DNA of 64,000 bases from an uncultured Bacteroidaceae bacterium (GTDB lineage: Bacteria; Bacteroidota; Bacteroidia; Bacteroidales; Bacteroidaceae): the NCBI GenBank assembly GCA_964415385.1, contig CAYPZK010000002.1, forward strand, positions 46,320 through 110,319. Reading direction: 5' to 3'. A program made the translations under genes and the position numbers. This document shows, piece by piece, positions 36,356-46,100 of the stretch (position 1 is the stretch's first letter; each line of letters opens with the position of its first letter). Below the pieces are notes generated by a model that saw only the letters and a program-made list of their open reading frames with translations, made no database searches and was not told the origin of the DNA.

Positions 36356-37888
36356 TTATAGTCTGAATTTGTTGCGGTTTCTGATGGAATGGCGTGACTG
36401 TGTGATGGGCCTGTCGGCCTTCTGCATGGTCTCGTCAATCTTGCGGTTCCCGCCCTCGACGGCGTCGGGGCCGTCGGCGGGGTATTTGAGCGAGAGGGTG
36501 AAGAGGCGGAACTGGTCTTCGAGCTCCTTCATGTGCGGGTTGTCGCGCTCCGCCTCGTTGAGGATGAGGTTGCCCTCGCGGTTCATGGGCTCGAGGTTGG
36601 CCTCGATGCGTGTGGCCTTGTCGGTTTTCTTCTCCTCGTCGCTCATGATGTAGAGGGTGATGTCCTTCTCTTTCCTGACCTTGCGGACAAGTGGCTTGAA
36701 GACCTGCTGGAAGAACGGGTCCTGGAGCTTGTTGTTCTCCATCCAGCAATAGACGGTGGCGCGCCCCGCCACGTATTCGAGCAGCTGCACGTACCAGTCG
36801 ATGAACTCGGCGTTGAGCGCCTGTGCGAGCCTTGCCTTGATGACGTAGAGCTTGCCGTCGCGCTTTCCAAGGAGCATGACCGCCTTGAAGGACTTTCCCT
36901 TCTTGCCCTTGCTCTCGCCCGGTGCGGGGTCGCCGTAGATGACGAGGAACTTGAACTTGGAGAGTGGCGGCACCTTGCCATAGACGACCTCCTTGAATAT
37001 CTCGCCCTCGGATATGGGGTTGTTGAAGTACTCGTGCTGCTGCGAGAGCGTGGAGATGGAGGCGAGTGTGCGGTCGATGTCTGCCTCGGAGTTTTTCTCC
37101 GGCCAGGTGGAGCGCCCCTGCCTGTCGCGTATGTTGACGATGTCCCAGTGGTCGGCCATGGCTCCCGCGCGTGTGACGCAGCAGTCCTTGGCGATGATGT
37201 TGCCGCAGAAGATGACCAGCGTGGGCTCGGAGACGGAGCGTGTGGGATAGAGCGCCTGTTCCCACCACTCCCAGCGTTTCTGTATGATGTCGGGGTTCTT
37301 GGTGTCCTCGTCGGTGTCGAAGTCGTCGATGAGCAGCACGTCGGGTCGTATGGCCTCGTTGCGCGAGCCACGCGGCGACTGCCCCGCGCCGATGGCCCGG
37401 AACGCCGCCCCCGACTTGGTGAGGAACTCGTCCTCCGTCCATGAGCCGAGCGTCTGCTGCCTGCCGTAGTAGGCCTCGATGCGCCCGTTGGCCTCGAAGT
37501 TGGCTCGGTAGGGCGCGAGCAGTCGGACGGCGTTGTCCTTGCTGTTGGAGGTGAGGATGACGTTCCGCTTGCGGCGCGTGAGGACGAGGTAGAATACGAT
37601 GAACATGGTGATGGTGGACTTGGCCAGCTCGCGGCTCCAGGAGAGCACCTCGTACCACTCGTCGTGTGCGAGTATGCGGCGTATTGCCTTCTTCTGGAAG
37701 TCGGCAAAGTCGTACTTGGCGTAACCCGGGAAGAAGTATTTTATCCACTCCAGCGGGTGCGCCTCGAGGTATATGCGGTGCCTTTCGCGCTCGGCGTGCG
37801 GCATGTTGCGGTCGACGGGCGTCTCGCGGCGGATGTCCTCCTTGTACTGCTCCCAATGCAGGAGCGCGTTCTTGTCCTGTATTCTCAT
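36356..37888 (-). CDS. terminase large subunit
   Basis: 510 aa. The ATPase region has LLIDDFD (Walker B-like). C-terminal nuclease-like region. Upstream of the portal. Confidence 0.8.
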   Translation of the reverse strand: MRIQDKNALLHWEQYKEDIRRETPVDRNMPHAERERHRIYLEAHPLEWIKYFFPGYAKYDFADFQKKAIRRILAHDEWYEVLSWSRELAKSTITMFIVFYLVLTRRKRNVILTSNSKDNAVRLLAPYRANFEANGRIEAYYGRQQTLGSWTEDEFLTKSGAAFRAIGAGQSPRGSRNEAIRPDVLLIDDFDTDEDTKNPDIIQKRWEWWEQALYPTRSVSEPTLVIFCGNIIAKDCCVTRAGAMADHWDIVNIRDRQGRSTWPEKNSEADIDRTLASISTLSQQHEYFNNPISEGEIFKEVVYGKVPPLSKFKFLVIYGDPAPGESKGKKGKSFKAVMLLGKRDGKLYVIKARLAQALNAEFIDWYVQLLEYVAGRATVYCWMENNKLQDPFFQQVFKPLVRKVRKEKDITLYIMSDEEKKTDKATRIEANLEPMNREGNLILNEAERDNPHMKELEDQFRLFTLSLKYPADGPDAVEGGNRKIDETMQKADRPITQSRHSIRNRNKFRL

Positions 37889-37903
37889 AAGCCGTCGTGT
37901 TTG

Positions 37904-38350
37904 TTACAAGATTGATTTGATGAAAGCGTCGGCGAGGCCGGTCACCTCCTTGGCCTTTTCGAGGTCGAGAGGCCGCAGGAAGTCGATGAAGCGTGTGAGC
38001 ACGGAGATGACGTCGGCGATGCCCGCCTCGGTCTCCATCTGCCGGATGGACTTGGAGAGCTTGCCGATGATGTCCGCCTCTTGGGAGGTGGCGAAGCGGC
38101 TGCCCTCGTCGCGTGCGGCGATGGCGCGGTTTATTTCCGCCACCTGGCGGTAGAGGTTGCGCACCTGCTCCTCGCGTGTGAGGGTGATGCCGGCGCGCTG
38201 CGCCTCCCATTTGCCGGCGCGCACCCAGTTGGAGACGGAAACGCGTGAGACGCCGACGCGGTCGGCGATTTCCTGCTGTGTGAGGTTTTCCTTGAGGTAG
38301 AGCGTCTTCGCCCATTCCTTTTTCTGTGTATTTGTCAGTTCCTTAGCCAT
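37904..38350 (-). CDS. terminase small subunit-like HTH protein
   Basis: ATG 38350 (MAKELTNTQKKEWAKTLYLKENLTQQEIADRVGVSRVSVSNWV). First gene of the leftward late module. Confidence 0.65.
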   Translation of the reverse strand: MAKELTNTQKKEWAKTLYLKENLTQQEIADRVGVSRVSVSNWVRAGKWEAQRAGITLTREEQVRNLYRQVAEINRAIAARDEGSRFATSQEADIIGKLSKSIRQMETEAGIADVISVLTRFIDFLRPLDLEKAKEVTGLADAFIKSIL

Positions 38351-38371
38351 ATAACGCATGTTAAAGTGGTG

Positions 38372-38502
38372 CAAAGTTGGGGAGATTTTTCGTGTTTGGA
38401 AAAACGTGTCCGCATGATGACAAGTTAAAACGTCATGATAACGTTTTAAAGTTTCATGATAAAAACACGATTTGCGAGGGAGGGAAATAAACCTCAATTT
38501 TG
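38372..38502. promoter_or_regulatory. divergent late control region: CAACTTTG (minus, 38372-38379), three CATGAT boxes at 21-bp phasing (38413, 38434, 38455), inverted repeat AAAACGT-N7-ACGTTTT (38427-38447), CAATTTTG (plus, 38495-38502)
   Basis: All elements were read directly from the sequence. Confidence 0.5.
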
Positions 38503-38552
38503 CATCGCAAAAGCGGGCGGACATGCCCGTAACGAACTGACAGAAAAGAAGA

Positions 38553-39593
38553 ATGGACAAGAAAAGATTTTTCAATATCACGGGCAAGGACGGCAGGGGC
38601 GTGATCCTGCTGTACGGCGACATCGGCGGCGACGTGGAGAGCGGGTCGATAGCGCGGGAGCTGATGGAGGCGGAATCCTCCTATGAGGGCATCGACGTGC
38701 GCATCAACAGCGTGGGCGGCGAGGTGTATGCCGGCATCGCCATCTTCAACGCGCTGCGGAACAGCAAGGCCGACATCCGCATCTACGTGGACGGCATCGC
38801 TGCGAGCATGGCGAGCGTGATAGCGCTGTGCGGGAAGCCCGTGGAGATGAGCCAGTACGCGCGCTTGATGCTCCACAGCGTGAGCGGCAGCTGCTACGGC
38901 AACAAGAACGACCTGAGGAGCATGCTGGCGGAGATAGAGGGGCTGGAGGACACCTTGTGCCGCATGTACGCGGCGAAGATGGGCAAGGACGCGGAGGAGA
39001 TCAAGGCCGCCTATTTTGACGGCGAAGACCACTGGCTGACGGCCGGCGAGGCGTTGGCCCTGGGACTGGTCGACGGCATCTATGACGCGGAGCCTGTGCC
39101 CGAGGAGAGCACCCCGGAGCAGATATACAACATATTCAATAACCGGCTCAGAGAGCCACAAAAAGAGAACGACATGAATTTAGAAGAACTGAAGAAGCGT
39201 GCGCAGTTCAAGGACTGCGCGACGGAGGCCGACGTGCTGGAGCGCATCGGCGAGCTTGAGGCGAAGGCCGCCAAGGCCGGGACCCTTGAGAGCGAGAACA
39301 CGCAGCTGAAGGCGAAGGTGAAGGCGCATGAGGACGCGGCGGAGGCCGCTGCCGCCGCAGAGCGCAAGACCCTGCTTGACGCCGCCGAGGGCGACGGCCG
39401 CATCACGGCTGAGACCCGCCCCGTGTACGAGAACCTTTTGAAGGAGCATTTCGAGGACGGGAAGAAAGCCCTTGCCGCCCTTGCCCCGAAGCGCAAGGTG
39501 CTGGACGACCTTGGCGGCGACCCCAAGAAGGAGAGCCCGTGGGAGAGACGGCAGAAAGAGATCCAGGACAGATACAACCGCAACAACCAATAA
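38553..39593 (+). CDS. ClpP/S49-type head maturation protease fused to a scaffold-like coiled-coil domain
   Basis: INSVGGEVYAGIAIFNAL...DGIAASMAS (Ser protease core), followed by an Ala/Glu/Lys-rich C-terminal half. Confidence 0.8.
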   Translation: MDKKRFFNITGKDGRGVILLYGDIGGDVESGSIARELMEAESSYEGIDVRINSVGGEVYAGIAIFNALRNSKADIRIYVDGIAASMASVIALCGKPVEMSQYARLMLHSVSGSCYGNKNDLRSMLAEIEGLEDTLCRMYAAKMGKDAEEIKAAYFDGEDHWLTAGEALALGLVDGIYDAEPVPEESTPEQIYNIFNNRLREPQKENDMNLEELKKRAQFKDCATEADVLERIGELEAKAAKAGTLESENTQLKAKVKAHEDAAEAAAAAERKTLLDAAEGDGRITAETRPVYENLLKEHFEDGKKALAALAPKRKVLDDLGGDPKKESPWERRQKEIQDRYNRNNQ

Positions 39594-39609
39594 AAAAAGA
39601 GAAGAGACA

Positions 39610-40569
39610 ATGGCACTCACAATCAAGAACACAAACTACAACGGCGAGGTGCTGGAGCAGCTCCTTACCGTGGCGACGACGAACAACGAGATCGTGGAGA
39701 AGGGTCTTATCCACGTGATCCCCGGCGTGTCGAAGAAAATCAGCATCCCCCGCCTGCATGTTGGGAAGATGCTGCAGAAGCAGAAGGAAGACCCGCAAGT
39801 GTCGGACAGCAAGGGCGACTTCTCGTACAGCGAGCAGGAGCTGAACCCTGTGGACTTCATGGCGTTCACCGTGTTCAACCCGCGCGTGTTCGAGGGCATC
39901 TGGCGCCCGTGGCAGCCCAAGGGCGACCTTGTGTTCGCCGAGCTTCCGCCCAGCGCACAGAACGCGCTGCTCGACGCGCTGTCGAAGCAGGTGCAGTTCG
40001 AGCTGGGCTCGCACTACATCAACGGCGTTTACGGCGACGATGACGACCACCTGTTCAACGGCATCCTGACACAGGCCGCCAAGGACAGCGACGTGGTGGT
40101 TGTGTCGAGCGACGCCACGAAGATGACGGACAGGCTGAAGGCCGTGCGCGAGAAGATACCCGTGGCGATGATCGAGAACCCGAACCTGCGGTTCCTGATG
40201 AGCCCGACGGACTTCAACAAGTATGACGACGAGCTGACCGCCCGCGAGTACAAGAACCGTGACGAGACCACGCGCAACATCAAGATGTACAAGGACATCA
40301 AGATCGAGACGCTGGCGGCCTGGCCTGACGACCTTGTGGTGGCCACCTTGTGCAGCCCGAACGCGATGACGACGAACCTGTTCGCCGCCGTGAACCTGCA
40401 GGACGACGAGCACGTGATCAAGATAGGGCCGGTGAGCAACATGAGCGAGCTGTACTTCTTCAAGATGTTGATGAAGGCCGACACCAACATTGCCTTTGGC
40501 GAGGAGTTCATCGTGCTGGACAGCAGGTCAGAGCCCAAGTTCAAGGCTGCGAGCAGCACCGGGGAATAG
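39610..40569 (+). CDS. major capsid protein
   Basis: ATG 39610 in frame with ORF 39472..40569. 319 aa, directly after the protease-scaffold gene. Confidence 0.75.
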   Translation: MALTIKNTNYNGEVLEQLLTVATTNNEIVEKGLIHVIPGVSKKISIPRLHVGKMLQKQKEDPQVSDSKGDFSYSEQELNPVDFMAFTVFNPRVFEGIWRPWQPKGDLVFAELPPSAQNALLDALSKQVQFELGSHYINGVYGDDDDHLFNGILTQAAKDSDVVVVSSDATKMTDRLKAVREKIPVAMIENPNLRFLMSPTDFNKYDDELTAREYKNRDETTRNIKMYKDIKIETLAAWPDDLVVATLCSPNAMTTNLFAAVNLQDDEHVIKIGPVSNMSELYFFKMLMKADTNIAFGEEFIVLDSRSEPKFKAASSTGE

Positions 40570-40585
40570 AAATGCTTAAGACGCC

Positions 40586-41050
40586 ATGGCACGATTGAAG
40601 TATCTGGTCATCCATTGCACGGCGACCCCCGAGGGCAGGGAGGTGTCTGCCTCTGACATCCGTCACTGGCACACCGACCCTGTCTCGAAAGGCGGTCGTG
40701 GCTGGAAGCAGGTGGGCTACACCGACCTGGTGCACCTTGACGGCAAGGTGGAGCGTCTGGTGGCCAACAACGAGGACGCCAACGTCGATCCGTGGGAGGT
40801 CACCAACGGGGCCAGGGGCTACAACAGCGTGAGCCGCCACATCGTGTATGCGGGCGGCTGCGACAGGCAGATGCAGCCCAAGGACACGCGGACGGCGGCG
40901 CAGAAAGAAGCACTGGCGGCTTATGTGAGGGACTTCCACAGGCGTTTCCCGAGCGTGAGGATTGTAGGCCACAGGGAGCTGGACAGCGGCAAGGCTTGCC
41001 CGAGCTTCGACGTGCAGAAGTGGCTGAAGGAAATCGGCATCAACCAATAA
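40586..41050 (+). CDS. N-acetylmuramoyl-L-alanine amidase (Amidase_2/PGRP-type endolysin)
   Basis: LVIHCTATPEG...GHRELDSGKACPSFD, a zinc-amidase signature. Confidence 0.85.
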   Translation: MARLKYLVIHCTATPEGREVSASDIRHWHTDPVSKGGRGWKQVGYTDLVHLDGKVERLVANNEDANVDPWEVTNGARGYNSVSRHIVYAGGCDRQMQPKDTRTAAQKEALAAYVRDFHRRFPSVRIVGHRELDSGKACPSFDVQKWLKEIGINQ

Positions 41051-41065
41051 ACAAAGCGAGCGGAC

Positions 41066-41563
41066 ATGGAACTCAGCGAGATAGTGAACGTGATACTCGG
41101 CGGCGGGCTTGTGGGCACCGTGGCGGCCATCGTGTCGCTGCGAGCCACCGTCAGGAAAGCGAAAGCGGAAGCGACGAAGGCGGAAGCCGACGCCGAGACC
41201 GTTCGCCTTGACAACGCCGAGCATGCCACGCGGATATTGATAGAGAACATCGTGAAACCCCTGAAGGAGGAATTCAATGAGACGAAGAAAGAGTTGGCCC
41301 GCAACACGCGCGAGATGGCCCGCCTCAGGAAGGCCATTGACGGCGCCAACAGTTGCAAGCATCGTGATGATTGCCCTGTTCTTGAGCGGATGCGCGAGCA
41401 GCCGAAAGGCGGCGAGAGCGGAAGTGACGGAGAGGCAGACGACGGCGGGCGAGACACAGAGCGCGAGACAATGGCGGGCAGACAGCGCAAGCGAGGTCGT
41501 AGAAATACGGACAGAGCCGCTGGTGGTGCCGACGTCGGAGGTTCGGATGACGATAGCGGCTGA
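41066..41563 (+). CDS. N-terminally membrane-anchored coiled-coil protein (i-spanin-like or holin-like)
   Basis: One TM segment (IVNVILGGGLVGTVAAIVSL) then a charged coiled coil. The 3' third overlaps the next gene and looks low-complexity. Confidence 0.45.
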   Translation: MELSEIVNVILGGGLVGTVAAIVSLRATVRKAKAEATKAEADAETVRLDNAEHATRILIENIVKPLKEEFNETKKELARNTREMARLRKAIDGANSCKHRDDCPVLERMREQPKGGESGSDGEADDGGRDTERETMAGRQRKRGRRNTDRAAGGADVGGSDDDSG

Positions 41564-41924
41564 CAGCCTGCGCAAGCTGCCCGAGGGCGCCGTCTATGCA
41601 GACGGCAGCGGGCAGGCGCATGTATCGGTGGGCCGCAAGGCGGCCACGGCGACGGAGCCGGAATACATCTACGTGTACGCGAGTTGCGACAGCCTGGCAT
41701 TGCAGTGCGAGCGTTACGAGCGGACGATACGGGAAATGAAACGTAGCGCGGGCGACGCGGCCAGCACGCAGAAAGAGCAGACGGCGGAATCGCACAGCGC
41801 TACGGAGAAAGAGACGCGGCAGGGAGGCCGCAGAATGCCATTGAAATGGTATTTGACGGGCATTCTGACGGGCTTGCTGCTGCCGAGAGCAAAGAAGATT
41901 ATATCAACCATTAAAAAGCAATAG
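41367..41924 (+). CDS. lipoprotein with C-terminal hydrophobic helix (o-spanin / unimolecular-spanin-like)
   Basis: ATG 41367 gives MIALFLSGCASS (lipobox LSGC). C-terminus is LKWYLTGILTGLLLP. Out of frame and overlapping 41066..41563. Confidence 0.55.
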   Translation: MIALFLSGCASSRKAARAEVTERQTTAGETQSARQWRADSASEVVEIRTEPLVVPTSEVRMTIAADSLRKLPEGAVYADGSGQAHVSVGRKAATATEPEYIYVYASCDSLALQCERYERTIREMKRSAGDAASTQKEQTAESHSATEKETRQGGRRMPLKWYLTGILTGLLLPRAKKIISTIKKQ

Positions 41925-41928
41925 GAAA

Positions 41929-42417
41929 ATGGACAAAAAATTTTTGTACGGTTTGAACAAGATGACCTTCAACAACAAGGAGGTCGGCTACATTGAGAAG
42001 GACAGCTTCGAATGGGGCGGAAGCGCCCCTGAGAGTGTGGACGTGGAGGCGGAGCAGGTGCCTGACGCGCCTGTGCTGGTGCTGTCGCAGAAGAACGGCA
42101 CGATAGCTCCGACATTCAACCTGATCCAGCTGGACTATGAGAACCTGGCAGCCATGCTTGGCGGCACTCTTGTAGGCACGGAGGGTGCTTACACAGGTTG
42201 GAATGCGCCAACCGAGCTGGTGCAACTGACGGGTCCGTGCACCATCGACACGCCGAGCGGGAAGCGCATCAGCATTCCGAACGCTATGCTGCTGGCCAAC
42301 CTCGACGGCAAGCTGACCCTGACGGAGGTGTCGAAGGTGGCCTGCACGCTGAAGGTGATGAAGCCGAGCGACGGCAGTGCGCCTTATCAGATACTTGACA
42401 TTCCCGCCAGTGAGTGA
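41929..42417 (+). CDS. major tail (tube) protein, siphovirus-type
   Basis: 162 aa, directly upstream of the chaperone / frameshift / tape-measure trio. Confidence 0.6.
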   Translation: MDKKFLYGLNKMTFNNKEVGYIEKDSFEWGGSAPESVDVEAEQVPDAPVLVLSQKNGTIAPTFNLIQLDYENLAAMLGGTLVGTEGAYTGWNAPTELVQLTGPCTIDTPSGKRISIPNAMLLANLDGKLTLTEVSKVACTLKVMKPSDGSAPYQILDIPASE

Positions 42418-42427
42418 AACGTGAGGT

Positions 42428-42901
42428 ATGGACGATAGGAAGATCCAACAGGAGGCATCGGAGGCGCTGCTTGACATCGGCGTCTCCGTGCCTTTGAAGC
42501 CAGTTCGCATACCGTTTCGCAAGAAGCCGTTGTACCTGCGGCTGACGATGCGCCGTCCCCGCCTTGGCACGCAGATAAAGATTGCACGGATATACCTTGG
42601 CCTTGGCGTGAGTTATGCCGAGATGGAGGCCATGGACAAGGACGCACAGATGAAGTTTGTTGCGGAGCACGGCAAGGACATCTCGAAGATGGTAGCGCTG
42701 ACGATGTGCGGATCGTGGTGGAAGCCGGTGTGGGCGGTGTCGTGGGTATTGCGGCATTGTGTGGACAACCTGTACCTGCAGGTGGCGATGATGAAGTTCG
42801 TGCTGCTGCTGGGTACGGAAAATTTTATGCCTATTATCAAATCAGCGGAGCGGACGAATCCGATGAAGCTGAGGTTGAGCCGGGGAAGGAAGGGGAGTTA
42901 A
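42428..42901 (+). CDS. tail assembly chaperone (G analogue)
   Basis: 157 aa, precedes the tape measure and contains the slippery site. Confidence 0.7.
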   Translation: MDDRKIQQEASEALLDIGVSVPLKPVRIPFRKKPLYLRLTMRRPRLGTQIKIARIYLGLGVSYAEMEAMDKDAQMKFVAEHGKDISKMVALTMCGSWWKPVWAVSWVLRHCVDNLYLQVAMMKFVLLLGTENFMPIIKSAERTNPMKLRLSRGRKGS

Positions 42902-43119
42902 CGACCGAGTATGAGGGAAGCCATAGCCCCTTCGGACTGGTCTGGCAGATAGCGAGCGCGACGGGATGGAGCCGCGAGTACATCCTGAACGGCGTGAACT
43001 ACCAGACATTGATCATGATGCTGGCGGACGCTCCCCGCTACGTCAGGAAACGCAAAGGGAGCGAAAGAAACGGTGGCGATGATGTCCTGGGCTTTTTCCA
43101 GAGCAACCTCGCGAAATGA
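42428..43119 (+). CDS. tail assembly chaperone -1 frameshift product (G-T analogue)
   Basis: ORF 42706..43119 is in the -1 frame relative to 42428. It stays open from the slippery site to 20 nt before the tape-measure ATG. Confidence 0.6.
42820..42826 (+). promoter_or_regulatory. -1 programmed frameshift slippery heptamer A_AAT_TTT
   Basis: Zero-frame codons are GAA AAT TTT. The -1 frame reads AAA TTT. Confidence 0.6.
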
Positions 43120-43139
43120 CATGAAGATATAGACGGAGC

Positions 43140-46100
43140 ATGAAACCTGTTCAGATTGAGTTTTTGATGAAGGGCAACCTGAAGGAAGGCATGATGGAGG
43201 CCCAGGGCGTGGCGGCGGGACTTGACGGCACGCTGAGCGGCTTGCGCAACACCCTTGCCGGACTGTTCGCGGCGGACAAACTGACTGACTTTGTGAGAAA
43301 GATCATGGACGTTCGCGGTGAGGTGGAGTCCTTGCAGATTTCCTTTGAGACGCTTGCGGGCGTGACCAAGGGTCGTGAGCTGTTCGGCGACATCAAGGAC
43401 TATGCGGTGAGTACTCCGATGATGATGCAGGATCTGGCAAAAGGCGCGCAGACCCTGCTTGCTTTCAACATAGAGGCGGAAAAGGTGATGCCCATACTGC
43501 GCGAGATAGGCGACATATCGATGGGCGACTCGCAGAAGTTCAATTCGCTCACCCTTGCGTTCGCCCAGATGTCGAGTACGGGCAAACTGATGGGTCAGGA
43601 TCTTTTGCAGATGATCAACGCCGGCTTCAACCCGCTCACCGTCATCGCCGAGAAAACCGGCAAGAGCATGAGCGAGCTGAAAGACGAAATGTCGGCCGGC
43701 AAGATAAGCGTGGAGATGGTGTCCGACGCGTTCGCCTCCGCCACGGCCGAGGGCGGCAAGTTCAACGGCATGCTGGAGAAGCAGAGCAAGGGCATGAAAG
43801 GTGCGATGAGCAACCTTGAGGGAGCCTGGGAAGACGCCTTGAACGGCATGGGCGAGAAAGGCGAAAGCTTCTTGGTGGACGTGATAGACCTGACGACCGA
43901 GGCGGTCAAGAACTTCGACAAGCTCGGAACCGCCATCCTTATGGTGGTCGCCGCCTACGGTGAGTACAAGGGCGTGCTTATGGCTGTACAGGCATACCAA
44001 AGCATGATAGCCAAGCAGAAGCAGACCATTGAGGCTGACCGCGTGAGCGAGTTGCAAGGGCTTGTGGACAAATACAAGGCTTCTCTTGATACGGAGGCCG
44101 TCAATGCCGAGACCGCCGCCACCCAAGCCAACACAGCCGCCAAGAACGGCAATGCGGCAGCCATCGACGCCGAGGTACGTGCCATGGAGGAGGAACTGCG
44201 TGCCAAAGTGGCCACAGCGGAGGCAAACTACAACGAGGCGACCAGCCAGGCGGCAGCGGCATCGCTGCGTGTCGATGACGCCAACGAAGCCGTAAGAGCC
44301 GCAGAGGAACAATACGAGGCCGTCTTGAAACTGGGTGACGGCGAGGCCATCGAGCGTGCGGAACTGGAACTGAACACCGCCGCGTCCGATGCCAATTCCG
44401 CCGCGAAGAATTTACAGGCGGCAAGGTCTGACGTGGCTGCCGCCGCAGAGCAGAAAGAGGCTGCCGCGACCAGGCTTTCCACTTTTCAGACGCAGGTCGA
44501 CACGATACAGAAGAACGCCAACACGAAGGCCACCGGCCTGTGGGCTGCCGCGACCAATCTTTGCACCAAGGCGGTGAATGGGCTGAAGGCGGCGTTCCTG
44601 TCAAATCCGTTCGGCATCGCCCTTGTCGCCATCACTTCCATCATCGGCTTGCTCTCAATGTTCTCGTCAGAGACGGACGACGCTTCGGACTCGCTGGATC
44701 GTTTCCGCAAGAAGGTGCTGGAGGAGCAGTCGCAGCTCAATTCCTATTATGCGGTGCTGACCAATGTGGAGAAAGGCTCCAAAAGCTACCAGGCCGCACT
44801 TGAGGGCATCAATACACTCGCGAGGGAATACAACCTCCAGCAGATAGGAGTCAATGACACGCTGGAGGAACAGAAACAGAAATACGACGCCCTGACTGAA
44901 GCCATCAGGCGGCAGGCGGCGGAGAAGACATTGTCGGAGGCCGTTTCCACAGCCAACGAGAACGCCATGAAAGCCGAGAAGGAAGCCATGGAAGACCTGA
45001 TGGATGCTGCCGGCGATGCCACCTACAAGACGGTGGAGCAGACCGTAGAGGATGTCGATGGCGTGTCCGTGTCGGTGAGTAAGGTTGTGGACGAGGCCAG
45101 CGCGAATATCCGGCAAATCACATCCGCCACATGGAACATGATCTCAACGGACGTGATGAGCCATTCGCAGCAGATTTCCGCGGCATTTGCCAAGTCGCAG
45201 GAGGATGGGGAGAAAGCCGTTGAGGACGAGGTCGCCACGATTGAGGGCATACTGCGGTCGCTGGGTGTGACGGACAAGGAGATAGAGGGCTTCCATGACG
45301 ACCTGTATGACTACGTGGAGACTTCCGCACAGGGTTTCAAGACCGCCTATTCGGAACTTGCCCGCACCAAGGCGCAGTTGCAGGGCATCGCCAACGCCAC
45401 GGAGGAGGCGAAGGAAACCGCCAACACCGCCATTGCGGACATGAACTACGAGCAGCTTGTCAAGGAGGCGCAAAGAGTGCAGGGCGAGATAGACAAGCTC
45501 AATGACAAGCCTGTCAAAGTCAAGACAGACAATACGGAGCTTGAGGAACTGAAATCGCTCCTTGAGCAGATAAACGGCCTTCTACCCCAAAAACTGACGG
45601 AAGGGTCGGAGGCAGACCTTTCGCAAAGGCTGAAAGACGCACAGGAAAAGCGAAGCAAGGCCCTCCCCGGCTCGAAGGAATGGAAGGATGCCAACAAGGA
45701 GGTGGGAAAACTTAACGCCCGTCTGACCAACTTACGCGGTCAGCACGCCGAGTCCACCGGCAAGGGCGGAAGCAAGAACAGCCTTGTGGAAAAGAGGCGC
45801 GAGCAACAGCGGGAGCGGCTTCGCCAGATTGAGGACATGGCTGTGGAGACCCGCCAGTTCGAGATTGACAAGATGAGTGAGGGAACGGACAAGACCCTTG
45901 CCCAGGCGAAACTTGACTATGACAAACGCAAGACGGAGATTCAGCGTTCCTATGAGGACTTGAAACAGGAAAAGATAGAGGCCGCCCGCAAGTTGTGGGA
46001 GGCCAACCCCAAGAACAAGGACAAGGTCTTTGATGCTTCCACAGTCGATACCGCATATACAGAAGAGGAACAGAAGAATTACCAGGCCGCCATTGCCGCC

